Assembly (NCBI GenBank): GCA_964495205.1
Contig: CAZBUZ010000002.1
Location: 1-47,372, forward strand
Reading direction: 5' to 3'
Origin: an uncultured Pseudomonadota bacterium
GTDB lineage: Bacteria > Babelota > Babeliae > Babelales > RVW-14
Length of the DNA: 47,372 nucleotides
Positions 7,857 through 18,162 of the stretch are shown one piece after another. Both the position numbers and the translations under genes were made by a program. The notes below the pieces were generated by a model, which was not told the DNA's origin, did no database searches, and worked only from the letters and a program-made list of their open reading frames with translations. The stretch's first letter is position 1. The number at the start of each line of letters is the position of its first letter.

Positions 7857-8879
7857 ATGAATTTTAAAAGTGATAATGCGGCTGGTGTTTGTCCAGAAAT
7901 TATGGCTGCACTTGAGGCAGCAAACAATGGTTTTACTGCATCATATGGTGCTGATGAGTATTCTCAAAAACTTCAAGCGAGGATGGCCGAGATTTTTGAA
8001 CATGAGGTGGCCATCTATCTCACATCCACTGGAACAGCAGCCAATTCTTTGGCCTTATCGGCGATAGCTCCTTCCTATGGTACCATTTATTGTCATGCGC
8101 ATGCGCATATCAATACTGACGAGTGTGGCGCTCCGGAATTGTTTACTGGGGCGAAGCTTTCAGCTCTTGGAGGAGTGGGGAATAAGATTGACATTGGTGA
8201 GCTTGAACAAAAGTTTACTGCTGATAAATCAATGCGACCACACGCAAGCAAGCCTGCGGCGATTAGCGTGACGCAGTTGACAGAAGGTGGAACCGCATAC
8301 ACGCTTGATGAGTTGCATGCGATTAGAGATTGCGCCATTAGGCATGGTCTGTATATGCACATGGATGGTGCTCGCTTTGCCAATGCGTTGGTGACGCTTG
8401 GGTGTACCCCCGCACAGATGACATGGCAAACAGGTATTGATGTTTTAAGTTTTGGGGCGACAAAAAATGGTGCCATGATGGCTGAGATGGTGGTATTTTT
8501 TAACCAAGAGCTTGCCCGCGATTTTGATTACCGGCATAAACGTGCCGGCCAATTGATGTCCAAAACGCGTTTTGCGGCAGCTCAGTTTTTGGCTTATCTT
8601 GAACATGATCTTTGGCTCAACAATGCGCGGCATGCTAATGCAATGGCTAAAAAATTGGCGGCATTTTTAAAAACAGTTCCTGGTGTAAGCATCAATCATG
8701 ATGTGCAAGGAAATGAACTTTTTGTCCATATGCCCCAGGCGATGGCTGATCATCTCCTTTCCCATGGAGCATTTTTTTATTCTTGGGGAGAAGGCTGCTA
8801 TCGGTTGGTGACGTCATGGGCAACGTGTGATGATGATGTGGAGAGATTTAAAACGTCTATTGTTGCTTTTAAAGCTTAA
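7857..8879 (+). CDS. ltaE: Low-specificity L-threonine aldolase (PLP-dependent, beta-eliminating-lyase fold)
   Basis: MNFKSDNAAGVCPEIMAAL..., YGADEYSQKLQARMAEIF, TSTGTAANSLAL, HMDGARFANAL, and SFGATKNG with the PLP lysine. Confidence 0.8.
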   Translation: MNFKSDNAAGVCPEIMAALEAANNGFTASYGADEYSQKLQARMAEIFEHEVAIYLTSTGTAANSLALSAIAPSYGTIYCHAHAHINTDECGAPELFTGAKLSALGGVGNKIDIGELEQKFTADKSMRPHASKPAAISVTQLTEGGTAYTLDELHAIRDCAIRHGLYMHMDGARFANALVTLGCTPAQMTWQTGIDVLSFGATKNGAMMAEMVVFFNQELARDFDYRHKRAGQLMSKTRFAAAQFLAYLEHDLWLNNARHANAMAKKLAAFLKTVPGVSINHDVQGNELFVHMPQAMADHLLSHGAFFYSWGEGCYRLVTSWATCDDDVERFKTSIVAFKA

Positions 8880-8891
8880 AGAGGGTTTTGA

Positions 8892-9656
8892 ATGGAAGAT
8901 AAAGTTCTTGATATTTGGTGTGAGCCGAGATCCCATAAGCTATTGCGGCAAAAAGGACTCGTGCTTGAGGGGGAGAGTGGAAAAACGTATCCCATACAAA
9001 ATGATATTCCTGTTTTCATCAAGACAGAAGATGTAATCGCCTTGAATCTCAAATACCAACGTTTTTATGATAAAATTGCTCGTTGGTATGATTGGGTAAT
9101 CTGGTTCTACAAAATATTTTATAGAGATGGTATTGCGCGTCGTCGTGAATTGTTGAAGGATTTGATGATAAAACCAGGCATGACGGTACTTGAAACATCA
9201 ATAGGCACTGGTTTTAATGTGACGTTGTTTACCAAGGATGCTGAGTATTATGGCATTGATATTTCTATGGGAATGCTGCAAATATGCCAACGAGAAAACA
9301 AAAAATGGGGTTATAAATTGCACATTGCTCAATCCAATGCTGAAGAACTCCCCATAAAAGATGCGGTGTTTGATGTTGTTTTCCATGTGGGTGGTATCAA
9401 TTTTTTTAATGATATTCCTAAAGCCATCAACGAAATGATTCGTATTGCTAAACCGGGCGCACAAATTCTTATTAGCGATGAGACACAAGAACATGTGGTG
9501 AAGGCCTACCAGCGCTGGCCATTTGTTCGTCGTTTTTTTAAAGAAGCAACGCCGGTGGTTGTTCCAATGGATTTTATTCCCAAGGAGATGAAAGATGTTA
9601 AACTGGATTATGCAGAAGATAAACGCATGTACGTGATAACATTTAGAAAACCGTAA
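8892..9656 (+). CDS. Class I SAM-dependent methyltransferase with an N-terminal Trm112-like segment
   Basis: 254 aa. The N-terminus LDIWCEPRSHKLL...GKTYPIQNDIPVFI follows the Trm112/zinc-ribbon-like pattern but has lost most cysteines. VLETSIGTGFN is the SAM motif I, and DVVFHVGGINF fits Methyltransf_11. Confidence 0.7.
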   Translation: MEDKVLDIWCEPRSHKLLRQKGLVLEGESGKTYPIQNDIPVFIKTEDVIALNLKYQRFYDKIARWYDWVIWFYKIFYRDGIARRRELLKDLMIKPGMTVLETSIGTGFNVTLFTKDAEYYGIDISMGMLQICQRENKKWGYKLHIAQSNAEELPIKDAVFDVVFHVGGINFFNDIPKAINEMIRIAKPGAQILISDETQEHVVKAYQRWPFVRRFFKEATPVVVPMDFIPKEMKDVKLDYAEDKRMYVITFRKP

Positions 9657-9675
9657 AAGTAACGATGGAGATTTC

Positions 9676-11124
9676 ATGACAATGAATGCAGGAAAGGTTC
9701 GTACTCGTTTTGCTCCCAGCCCAACCGGCTATTTGCATGTTGGCGGATTGCGTACGGCTTTGTATGCCTACCTTTTAGCAAAAAAAAACAATGGGACCTT
9801 TATTTTGCGTATCGAGGATACTGATAAAACACGTGAAGTACCAGGGGCCATTGAAAACATCATCAAAACGCTCGATTGGGCGGGTATTACTTATGATGAA
9901 GGTCCGGATAAGCCGGGAGTATCTGATACGTATATCCAATCACAACGTTTGTCGATTTACAAAAAACATGCAGAACAACTTGTTGAACAGGGGCACGCCT
10001 ACTATTGCTTTTGTTCGCCTGAACGGCTTGATGCTGTTCGTAAAGCGCAGCAAGCGGCACACTTGCCTCCGGCATATGATCGCCACTGCCGCGATTTGAG
10101 CAAAGAGGAAGTTTCTCAGCGTATTGCGGCTGGTGAAAAACATGTTATTCGCATGAAGGTGCCCCTTGAAGGTCAGATGACTTTCAGTGACATTATTCGC
10201 GGAGACGTTACCTTTCAGTATAAAGTTGTTGATGATCAGGTGATTATTAAATCTGATGGTTATCCAACCTATCATTTGGCTGTAGTTGTTGATGATCATG
10301 AAATGCAGGTGAGCCATGTAATTCGTGGTGAAGAATGGCTGCCAAGTACTCCTAAGCACATTTTGCTCTACCAGTATTTGGGATGGCAAGCGCCGTTATT
10401 TGCCCATTTACCGCTGCTTCTTAACCCTGATCGCAGCAAGTTGAGCAAGCGTCAAGGCGATGTTGCTGTAGAAGACTATCGAGCAAAAGGCTATTTGCCT
10501 GAAGCGCTGGTAAACTTTATTGCATTTTTAGGATGGAATCCAGGTGATGAGCGTGAAATTTTTAGCATGGATGCATTGATTAAAGAATTTACCCTTGAAC
10601 GTGTTGGTCTTGCTGGTGCTGTTTTCAATGTCGAAAAACTCAATTGGCTAAATCAGCAGTATATCATGAAATCATCGACCGATTATTTACTCTCATTGGT
10701 CAAACCGCTTGTTGATAAAAAGGGGTGGATAACCTCTGACGAGTATCTTAAAGAAGTTATCAACCTTATGAAGGATCGCGCCGTTGTGATCCCTGATTTT
10801 GTTGAGCTGACCGAGTTTTTCTTCAACGCGCCAACAATATTTGATGAAAAAGCTAAAGCAAAATGTTGGTCTTCTGAGACGGTTGGTTATCTCAAAACAT
10901 TAGCCGAACGTTATGCACAATTGCCCGTTTTTGATGCTGCCTCAACCGAGCAAACTTTGCGTGCCTATGCCCAAGAGTTGGGAGTGTCGGCAGGGAAACT
11001 CTTGTTGCCGCTGCGATTGGCTTTGACGGGCGTTAGCCAGGGGCCAAGCTTATTTCATTTTATTGAGATTATTGGCAAAGAAGAAACGCTTAAGCGTCTT
11101 GCATTTGCTGTTGAAAATTTATAA
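9676..11124 (+). CDS. gltX: Glutamyl-tRNA synthetase, paralog 1
   Basis: 482 aa. RFAPSPTGYLHVGG (HIGH), RIEDTD, CFCSPERL...HC (zinc-knuckle region), KLSKRQG (KMSKS). Confidence 0.92.
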   Translation: MTMNAGKVRTRFAPSPTGYLHVGGLRTALYAYLLAKKNNGTFILRIEDTDKTREVPGAIENIIKTLDWAGITYDEGPDKPGVSDTYIQSQRLSIYKKHAEQLVEQGHAYYCFCSPERLDAVRKAQQAAHLPPAYDRHCRDLSKEEVSQRIAAGEKHVIRMKVPLEGQMTFSDIIRGDVTFQYKVVDDQVIIKSDGYPTYHLAVVVDDHEMQVSHVIRGEEWLPSTPKHILLYQYLGWQAPLFAHLPLLLNPDRSKLSKRQGDVAVEDYRAKGYLPEALVNFIAFLGWNPGDEREIFSMDALIKEFTLERVGLAGAVFNVEKLNWLNQQYIMKSSTDYLLSLVKPLVDKKGWITSDEYLKEVINLMKDRAVVIPDFVELTEFFFNAPTIFDEKAKAKCWSSETVGYLKTLAERYAQLPVFDAASTEQTLRAYAQELGVSAGKLLLPLRLALTGVSQGPSLFHFIEIIGKEETLKRLAFAVENL

Positions 11125-11143
11125 TTGAGAAAGGATTGTCGTA

Positions 11144-11719
11144 ATGTTTTTGCCCAATGTTATTCGTGGACTAGTCTTGGGTTGCATTGTTTGTACAGCA
11201 GTGTTGCATGCCGAACAGAGTGCATCTGTAATTGAAAGGCCAATTGCACAAAAAGTTAAGCATCGTGTGTATGTTGACATGGTTGGCGATCTTTTTCATA
11301 TTGGTCACATCAATGCCATTAAGAATGCCATAAAAAAAGCCTGTGAGGTTTTTACTTGCTCTGAACAAGACATTTGTTTAATCGTAGGCGTTTGTGGTGA
11401 TGAGGAATGTACGAGCTATAAACGCAAGCCAATTTTAACCACCGAGGAGCGTTGTGCCGCCATTGGTGCTTGTCGTTACGTTGATGAGGTGGTACCGAAT
11501 GCACCGGTGGCAGTGACTGCCAAATTTCTTGATGAACAGCATATCGATATGGTTGCTCATGGCGATGACTTTGATCAAGAAAAAATGAGGAAATATTATG
11601 GGGCAGCCATAGACCGTGGCATCTTACTTGTTGTTCCCTATACGCAAGGCATATCGACGAGTGATATTATTCGACGGATATTGTCACGGGCTGAAGAGTT
11701 AAGTGCTGCAAAAAAATAA
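11144..11719 (+). CDS. Cytidylyltransferase of the TagD/CCT/ECT family with an N-terminal hydrophobic anchor or signal
   Basis: 191 aa, with AAAGGA SD. VYVDMVGDLFHIGHINAI (HxGH), LIVGVCGDEE, ACRYVDEVVPNAP, HIDMVAHGDD, YTQGISTSDIIRRI (RTEGISTS-type motif). The first about 23 aa, MFLPNVIRGLVLGCIVCTAVLHA, are hydrophobic. Confidence 0.75.
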   Translation: MFLPNVIRGLVLGCIVCTAVLHAEQSASVIERPIAQKVKHRVYVDMVGDLFHIGHINAIKNAIKKACEVFTCSEQDICLIVGVCGDEECTSYKRKPILTTEERCAAIGACRYVDEVVPNAPVAVTAKFLDEQHIDMVAHGDDFDQEKMRKYYGAAIDRGILLVVPYTQGISTSDIIRRILSRAEELSAAKK

Positions 11720-11720
11720 T

Positions 11721-12308
11721 TTATTTGCTATTTCTTTGCCATTGTAGATAGCCAGCAAGCGATTGCGGGACAAAAATTTTATAGCAGCCTGGTGGTTGCA
11801 GCATGCACGATGTGTGAGCGTCTACTATAGCAATTGGGTGATAAGTGGCGATTATGCGTAACCATTGTCGGAGCTTCCATGCGATAGGGTTTTCTAAATC
11901 AGTACGCTCAGTTGGACTTAAAAATTCTTTAACTTCGTTATAGCCAAGCTCTTCGAGCTTTGTTTTTTGTATTGGGTGTGCCGTTAGGAAAATAAAAGAA
12001 ATGCCTTGTGCGCAAAGATTGCGATAAAATCGGTAGAACAACATGTTTTTATCACCAATTTGATTTATCACAACATCTTGAACGCCACAGACAATAACCA
12101 TTTCTCGATCAAGATAAGGGTACTGACGCCTCATTTCATTGACGATGAATCTGATGGTATCTCCTTTATCTTTCCAGAAGTTTTTTTCAGCGTGCATGGC
12201 TTCAACGATTTCCTCGGCAGATAAGGGTTGAGATTGTTTTTGCCCTGCAAATATGGGCGTTGAAATAATGAAGATGGCGATAAAATAGAACAATTTACCA
12301 GTAGGCAT
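11721..12308 (-). CDS. Exported protein of unknown function
   Basis: 195 aa. The N-terminus MPTGKLFYFIAIFIISTPIFAG is signal-like. I recognise no motif. Its stop lies 1 nt from the stop of the convergent cytidylyltransferase gene. Confidence 0.55.
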   Translation of the reverse strand: MPTGKLFYFIAIFIISTPIFAGQKQSQPLSAEEIVEAMHAEKNFWKDKGDTIRFIVNEMRRQYPYLDREMVIVCGVQDVVINQIGDKNMLFYRFYRNLCAQGISFIFLTAHPIQKTKLEELGYNEVKEFLSPTERTDLENPIAWKLRQWLRIIATYHPIAIVDAHTSCMLQPPGCYKIFVPQSLAGYLQWQRNSK

Positions 12309-12439
12309 GGCGAACTTTCCTCAAAATAGGAATGAATCTTTTTTAGTTAGATTGACGTACAATAAAATTTGCATCTACGGAATTAAAAAGTACACATAAA
12401 AAAATATGCGTACATCTTTTTTTACAAAAGATGAAAAAA

Positions 12440-15400
12440 TTATAGTGCGACGCTTATGCCAACGTCGGCTTTGGCGATATTTTGCAGTCCTTCAAAAGAA
12501 CAATCAATTTTAAATGTTGATTGCAAAACGAGTGTGTTGTTGTTTTCCTTAAAGCTGATTTCAAGCGGTATTTTGCCTTGGCCGAGGTTTGTTTTTACGG
12601 TGTTGAGCAAATCTGCTGTTGGATTTGTGGGCAGCGTGAGCTCCACGCTAAAGACATCTTTGTATTCGGTAAATACATGTTCAACAGGGATGAGATTGTT
12701 TGCCTTAATTTTGCATTTATTTTGACTAGTCATATCAACGGCACCCTTAACGATGAACACGGTGAATTGTTCAAGCAGGTGCTCAACTTTGGCAAAGGTG
12801 GAGGGGAAAACAACCACTTCATAGCGGCCGGTAAAATCTTCCATTTCAACAAATGCCATGCGATCACCTTTTTTGGTGTTGATCACCTTGTAGGATTGTT
12901 TGAGCCCTGCACAGGAGACAAATGGCTCCTTGAGTGACGTGATGTTTTTAATTTTCTCTAGGCATGTGGCGACCGTATCTGTCTTAATCCATGCAAGCTG
13001 CGGATAACTTTTAAGCGGGTGAGCGCTGAGATAAAAGCCAACTACCTCTTTTTCTTTTTCTAGTTTTTCGCGGTCTGACCATTCAGGAAGTGGTTGAAAT
13101 GCGTAGGCCGATAGTGCATCATCGGTTGATTTTTGTGCACCAAGCGCCATGCCAAAAAGATCCATTTGCCCTGTTTTTTCCATTTCTTTTTGCTGTTGTG
13201 CCAGGTCAATGATCTTATCAAGCTCGGTGGTTTTTTGCGCGCGGTTTCCTGGCAAATAATCCATAGCGCCAGCAGCGATCAGATTTTCAAGGACACGTTT
13301 ATTTGAGGTGCGCAAGTCAACGCGTTTGCAAAAATCTAGCAAATCGAAAAAAGGTTTTTTTGTGCGTTCCTCAATAATGTTATGCAGAGAAGCTGTGCCA
13401 ACGCTTTTTACCCCCTTAAGGCCAAACAAGATTTTGCCCTCTTTGGTGGTAAATTCGATTTCTGATGAATTGATGTTTGGAGGAACGAGTGTAAGTCCCA
13501 TCTCATGGATCTCTTGCAGATAATGCGTAAATTGGTCTGGATTTTCTGTTTCGTATGAGATAAGAGCGGCCATAAATTCATAGGGATAATTTGCCTTGAG
13601 ATATGCGGTGTGATAAGCGATCAGTGCATATGCGGTTGAGTGTGATTTATTAAAACCATAACCCGCAAAGTATGCCATAAGATCAAAAAGTTCCCCCGCC
13701 TTGGTTTCATCAAAGTTGAGTTTCTTTGCTCCCTCAACGAATTGAGCTCGTTGTGCAGCCATGACGTCTACCTTCTTTTTACCCATAGCGCGGCGGAGAA
13801 TGTCGGCGCCGCCGAGTGAGTAGCCGCCAATAGCTGAAGCGATTTTCATAACCTGCTCTTGATAGACGATGACGCCGTATGTTTCTGCTAAAACAGGTTC
13901 AAGTTCGGCGAACATGTAGGTGGTTTGCTTGCGGCCGTGGCGACGTTCAATGTAGTCGTCAACCATGCCGGAACCGAGCGGACCTGGCCGGTAGAGTGCG
14001 TTGACGGCAATTAAGTCTTCAAATTTATCTGGTTGTAACTTGCGCAAGACTTCTTTAATACCATTAGATTCAAATTGGAATATGCCGTCGGTATTGCCTT
14101 TGCACAAGAGTTCAAAAGCCTTTGGGTCGTTGAGGGGGAGCATGTCCAGATCGATGTCGACGCCGTGGTTCTTTTTGATAGCCTTGAGCGCAGCATCAAT
14201 GATGGTTAAGTTTTTAAGTCCTAAAAAGTCCATCTTTAAAAAACCGAGAGCCTCAAGGTCGGTCATGGTGTATTGCGAAACCAAATCATCTGATTTTGAG
14301 GGGACAAATAAAGGCATAGTTTGTGCCAGTGGTGAGGGTGCAATAACAACGCCGGCAGCATGTTTTGAGGCATGGCGTGTGAGCCCTTCGAGTCTGAGGC
14401 AAATGTCCATGAGCTTTTGGACTCTGGGATTGCTTTCAATCATCTGCTTAAGTCTTGGTTCTTGTTCGATTGCTTCACTGAGTGTTATTTTAAGTTGATC
14501 TGGTATGAGCTCTGTAAGCGCATTTGCATCTTGAAAGGGAAAGCCCAATACGCGTGCAACGTCTTTGATGACGCCTTTTGCCATCATGGTTCCGAATGTG
14601 ATGATTTGGCAAACGCAGTCGTGACCATATTTTTCTTTGACGTAGTTGATAACTTCTTCACGCCGTTCAATGCAAAAGTCAATATCAATGTCAGGCATGC
14701 TTACGCGTTCTGGATTGAGAAATCGCTCAAAAAGAAGGTTGTATTTAATGGGGTCAACGTTGGTGATCTTGAGGGCCCATGCAACAAGTGATCCGGCAGC
14801 AGAGCCGCGACCTGGTCCAATGGGGATGCCTTGTTTTTTACCCCATTGAATAAAATCACTGACGACCAAAAAGTAACCGATAAAGCCCATCGTGGTGATG
14901 AGATCAATTTCGAGGCGTAGTTGGTCATCATAGCTTTTGTATAGATTCTGTGGGATGAGGCCACGTTGCTTGAGTTCTTCAAGCCCGTCGAGACATAATT
15001 TTTCAAAGAAACTTTCTTGGGTATGTTCCGCAGGAATGGGGAATTGAGGGAAAAATAATTTTCCCAGTTCAAAATCAAATTCGCAGCTATCGGCTATGGC
15101 GCCTGTTTGCCAAACGGCTTCTTGGTTATCTTTGAAAATGTCGAGCATTTCTTGCGTTGTTCGCAAATAACCTTGGAAATCGCCGAATGAAAAACGCTTA
15201 GGGTTATCGAGGGTATCTTTGGTTTGCACGGAGAGCAAAACTTCATGGGCATCGCGTTCTTCTTTGGTAAGATAGTGGGCGTCACAGGCTGCGGTAAGCT
15301 TTAAGTCCCATTTTTTGCTATGTTGAATAAGCAGTTCATTAACTTGCTTTTGTTCTGGCATGTCCGGTGGATGCATCTCAAGGAAGAAGCGATCGGGTCC

Positions 15401-15892
15401 AAAAAGATCTTTAAACCAGCTTATGCGGCGATCGGCTTCTTCAATGTTTCCCTCCAAAAGCAAGCTTGGAATATGTCCGCCAATGCATGCTGAGGTGGCG
15501 ATTAATCCAGCTGAATGTTTTTCCAGTTGCGCGTAGTCAATGCGTGGCTTGAAATAAAAACCATCTTGATAAGCAAAGGCAAGGAGATTGCAAAGATTTT
15601 TATATCCTTCGTTATTTTGAACGATGAGGAGCAAATGATGGTATTTGTCATTGACATCTTTAATACGGGCATCTTGCGTGAAGTACATTTCGATGCCAAG
15701 AACAGGTTTTATTTTTTCTTTTTTAGCTGTTTGGAAAAATTTAATAGCTCCAAAAATGTTGCCATGATCAGAGATGCCGATTGCTTTCCATCCTTGTTCT
15801 TTGGCCATGCCGAGTAACTTGGGGATGCGAATAGCGCCGTCTAGAAGTGAGAATTCCGTGTGTAGGTGTAAATGGGTAAAATGTTTTTCCAT
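12440..15892 (-). CDS. dnaE: DNA polymerase III alpha subunit
   Basis: 1150 aa. N-terminal PHP domain (HLHLHTEFSLLDGA), polymerase core (PDIDIDF, GLLKMDFLGLKNL, YRPGP, FNKSHS), and a C-terminal OB-fold region. Confidence 0.95.
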   Translation of the reverse strand: MEKHFTHLHLHTEFSLLDGAIRIPKLLGMAKEQGWKAIGISDHGNIFGAIKFFQTAKKEKIKPVLGIEMYFTQDARIKDVNDKYHHLLLIVQNNEGYKNLCNLLAFAYQDGFYFKPRIDYAQLEKHSAGLIATSACIGGHIPSLLLEGNIEEADRRISWFKDLFGPDRFFLEMHPPDMPEQKQVNELLIQHSKKWDLKLTAACDAHYLTKEERDAHEVLLSVQTKDTLDNPKRFSFGDFQGYLRTTQEMLDIFKDNQEAVWQTGAIADSCEFDFELGKLFFPQFPIPAEHTQESFFEKLCLDGLEELKQRGLIPQNLYKSYDDQLRLEIDLITTMGFIGYFLVVSDFIQWGKKQGIPIGPGRGSAAGSLVAWALKITNVDPIKYNLLFERFLNPERVSMPDIDIDFCIERREEVINYVKEKYGHDCVCQIITFGTMMAKGVIKDVARVLGFPFQDANALTELIPDQLKITLSEAIEQEPRLKQMIESNPRVQKLMDICLRLEGLTRHASKHAAGVVIAPSPLAQTMPLFVPSKSDDLVSQYTMTDLEALGFLKMDFLGLKNLTIIDAALKAIKKNHGVDIDLDMLPLNDPKAFELLCKGNTDGIFQFESNGIKEVLRKLQPDKFEDLIAVNALYRPGPLGSGMVDDYIERRHGRKQTTYMFAELEPVLAETYGVIVYQEQVMKIASAIGGYSLGGADILRRAMGKKKVDVMAAQRAQFVEGAKKLNFDETKAGELFDLMAYFAGYGFNKSHSTAYALIAYHTAYLKANYPYEFMAALISYETENPDQFTHYLQEIHEMGLTLVPPNINSSEIEFTTKEGKILFGLKGVKSVGTASLHNIIEERTKKPFFDLLDFCKRVDLRTSNKRVLENLIAAGAMDYLPGNRAQKTTELDKIIDLAQQQKEMEKTGQMDLFGMALGAQKSTDDALSAYAFQPLPEWSDREKLEKEKEVVGFYLSAHPLKSYPQLAWIKTDTVATCLEKIKNITSLKEPFVSCAGLKQSYKVINTKKGDRMAFVEMEDFTGRYEVVVFPSTFAKVEHLLEQFTVFIVKGAVDMTSQNKCKIKANNLIPVEHVFTEYKDVFSVELTLPTNPTADLLNTVKTNLGQGKIPLEISFKENNNTLVLQSTFKIDCSFEGLQNIAKADVGISVAL

Positions 15893-16059
15893 GCAAGTTG
15901 GCCTTATCTTTATTTTTTTTATTTGCTAACAAAGTTTAAAGATGTTTTCATTTTTTGTCACGGCAAACCCTTGTGTTTTTTTTACTCCTTGAGCTAATCT
16001 AAAAAACAATATTGTAGATCATTGATATGAGATTAACATTTATAAGGAGGGTGGTGCTT

Positions 16060-16560
16060 ATGAATGTTCTCTTTAATCGTTTGTTTCTTGTTCTTACTTT
16101 TGTTATGAGTTTTTGTTGCGGGTTATGTGCTATGGAAGCAGTTGGGCATGAGGTGGCAACAAGCAGATCTTTAGCAAAGCAATGTACCTGTCAATTTGTT
16201 GATTTTTTACAAAGTGAAGACGGCTCTGCTTGTTTGCGTGAGTTTTGTGATGATGATTCTTATGAAATGATTCGTGCTGTATTCGTTGATTGGTTGATAC
16301 CGCATGTTGATGATAGCCTTGTCCATGAGGTTTTGACAACAGATCCTATGATTTTTAGGGATTCGAGTGTCGTTGTTTTGCTGAGTCAAACTTGTGTTGC
16401 TTCATTGTTAACCGTTGATTTGGATATTTTAATAAAACTACGAGAAGTTAGAACATTTAACCCTGCGGAACTGCTGGTCTTTTTATTGTGGTTTAGCCAA
16501 AATACTGTTCTTGCAAAAAAATTGAGCAGTCTTTTAGGTGGGCGCAGCTCAACCCCTTAG
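16060..16560 (+). CDS. Exported protein of unknown function
   Basis: The ORF track gives 16027-16560. The ATG at 16060 sits 9 nt after AAGGAGG and yields MNVLFNRLFLVLTFVMSFCCGLCA, which is signal-like and possibly a lipobox-like LCA/C context. I recognise no motif. Confidence 0.55.
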   Translation: MNVLFNRLFLVLTFVMSFCCGLCAMEAVGHEVATSRSLAKQCTCQFVDFLQSEDGSACLREFCDDDSYEMIRAVFVDWLIPHVDDSLVHEVLTTDPMIFRDSSVVVLLSQTCVASLLTVDLDILIKLREVRTFNPAELLVFLLWFSQNTVLAKKLSSLLGGRSSTP

Positions 16561-16679
16561 CAAGATGCCTTGAATTGTTACTGCCCCAATAAAAACCGTT
16601 TATTTTTAGTTATTTTCCCAATTTTCGTGCTAGACTATCTTCTTAAGAATATTAGTTATTGTTTTTGGTAGGGGTTTTC

Positions 16680-17693
16680 ATGAGTTTTTATATTTTAAGT
16701 GCCTACACTGGCGGGCTTATCGCGGGACTCGTCTTTTTGTGGCTTGCTGGTGATCGGGTTGTGCGGTATGCCATTGAATTGGCTGATGCTCTTCGTGTCA
16801 CTAAGTTTTTCATAGGCTTTATGGTCCTTGCCATTGCTGCTGGTATTCCAGAGCTTGCGGTTGCGGTTGCTGCCGCATTTACCAATGCGAGCCAGGTTGC
16901 TGCTGGTGATGTGATTGGGGCCAATTTTAGCGATATTGCGCTGGTCTCGGGTCTTGTATTGATGCTTGCGGGCTCAATCAAGCTTAGATATGCAGATCGC
17001 ATAAAATTAATCCAAATGCTCGGGTTGACTGCGGCTGCTGTTGCGGTTGTTTTTGTTGTTGGTTCCGTTGGCAAAATATTTGGAATTTTATTGATTATTC
17101 TTTACGGAACCGCGATGTTTTTTATTAGAAGGAGCCGTAAAAAAGGGGATATTTGGCAAGAGGAGGTTGATGCGATTACGCATGATGTAAAATCAACGTC
17201 CGATGTTGTTTTGACGTCTGTAGTTGGGATCATAGTAAAGTTGTTTATGAGTGTTGGTGTTGTTCTTGGGTGCTCTTGGCTGATCGTTTATTGTGCGGTT
17301 GCTGTGGCAACTGCTTTAGGGGCGCAGTTAGAAACAGTTGGGGCAACTATTTGTGCCCTTGGAACATCTTTGCCTGAGCTTGCTATGAGTTTGACCGCAT
17401 TGCGTCGCAAAGAATATGAGTTGGCTTTGGCTCCAACCTTAGGGTCTGTTTTGGAGCACTCAATGCTTGTTCTCGGCGTGCTTGGCTTATGTTCTCGATA
17501 TCCTGTTTCATTTTCTTTATTACGAGAAGAAGGTTTATTCATGTTCATAGCCTTTGCGCTTATGATTCTTTTTCTGTGGATGCGCCGGCCTCTTATGCGG
17601 TGGCAGGGTGGCATTCTTCTTTCGCTTTATGCGCTCTATTTAGGATACGAAGTTGGTTGGATTTCACAGGCGCATAAATTTCTTTTTGGATAA
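16680..17693 (+). CDS. Ca2+/cation antiporter (CaCA, YrbG/NCX-like) membrane protein
   Basis: Two alpha-repeat signatures, GIPELAVAVAAA and GTSLPELAMSL, within a roughly 10-helix hydrophobic protein. The ATG at 16680 is preferred over the TTG at 16659. Confidence 0.8.
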   Translation: MSFYILSAYTGGLIAGLVFLWLAGDRVVRYAIELADALRVTKFFIGFMVLAIAAGIPELAVAVAAAFTNASQVAAGDVIGANFSDIALVSGLVLMLAGSIKLRYADRIKLIQMLGLTAAAVAVVFVVGSVGKIFGILLIILYGTAMFFIRRSRKKGDIWQEEVDAITHDVKSTSDVVLTSVVGIIVKLFMSVGVVLGCSWLIVYCAVAVATALGAQLETVGATICALGTSLPELAMSLTALRRKEYELALAPTLGSVLEHSMLVLGVLGLCSRYPVSFSLLREEGLFMFIAFALMILFLWMRRPLMRWQGGILLSLYALYLGYEVGWISQAHKFLFG

Positions 17694-17754
17694 TACTTGT
17701 GCGTTTTGCCTGTATTTGTTGTTTTTGTGTTTTACGGAATCTGCTTTTCCAGTG

Positions 17755-18147
17755 ATGCGTGATGGTGAGCTAAGACCGCGTCCGCAACAAGCTGCTGCAG
17801 GGATTCCTGTGTTTAAAACAGCAGTTGTTGTTTTGTTGGCTGGCTTGGGTTATTTGGGTTGGAAAAAATATGATAATTTTGGTAAGAATTGCAATCTTTT
17901 TTCCATGGAAACACTGAGTTGTATAAAAAATCCTCAGCAACTGATGTGCACCATGAAGGCTGCTTGCGCTGTGTGTAAGGTTGAGATGACTGCAGCAGAG
18001 GCGGAATATTTGTCTGCAAAGGCAGACTCAGAAGGCAGCTTGGAGCGATTAGGTTTGTGGGCGATATATCAAGCGCGGATAGCGAGTTCTAAGATGAAAA
18101 ATATTGCACGCGGAGCAACCGGAATATTTCCAGGGGAAGAACTTTAA
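17755..18147 (+). CDS. Small membrane-anchored protein of unknown function
   Basis: The ORF track gives 17653-18147, which overlaps the antiporter gene. The internal ATG at 17755 gives MRDGELRPRPQQAAAGIPVFKTAVVVLLAGLGYLGW with one TM helix. There is no clear SD. A strong terminator follows. Confidence 0.4.
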   Translation: MRDGELRPRPQQAAAGIPVFKTAVVVLLAGLGYLGWKKYDNFGKNCNLFSMETLSCIKNPQQLMCTMKAACAVCKVEMTAAEAEYLSAKADSEGSLERLGLWAIYQARIASSKMKNIARGATGIFPGEEL

Positions 18148-18162
18148 AAAGTTGGAGTTATT

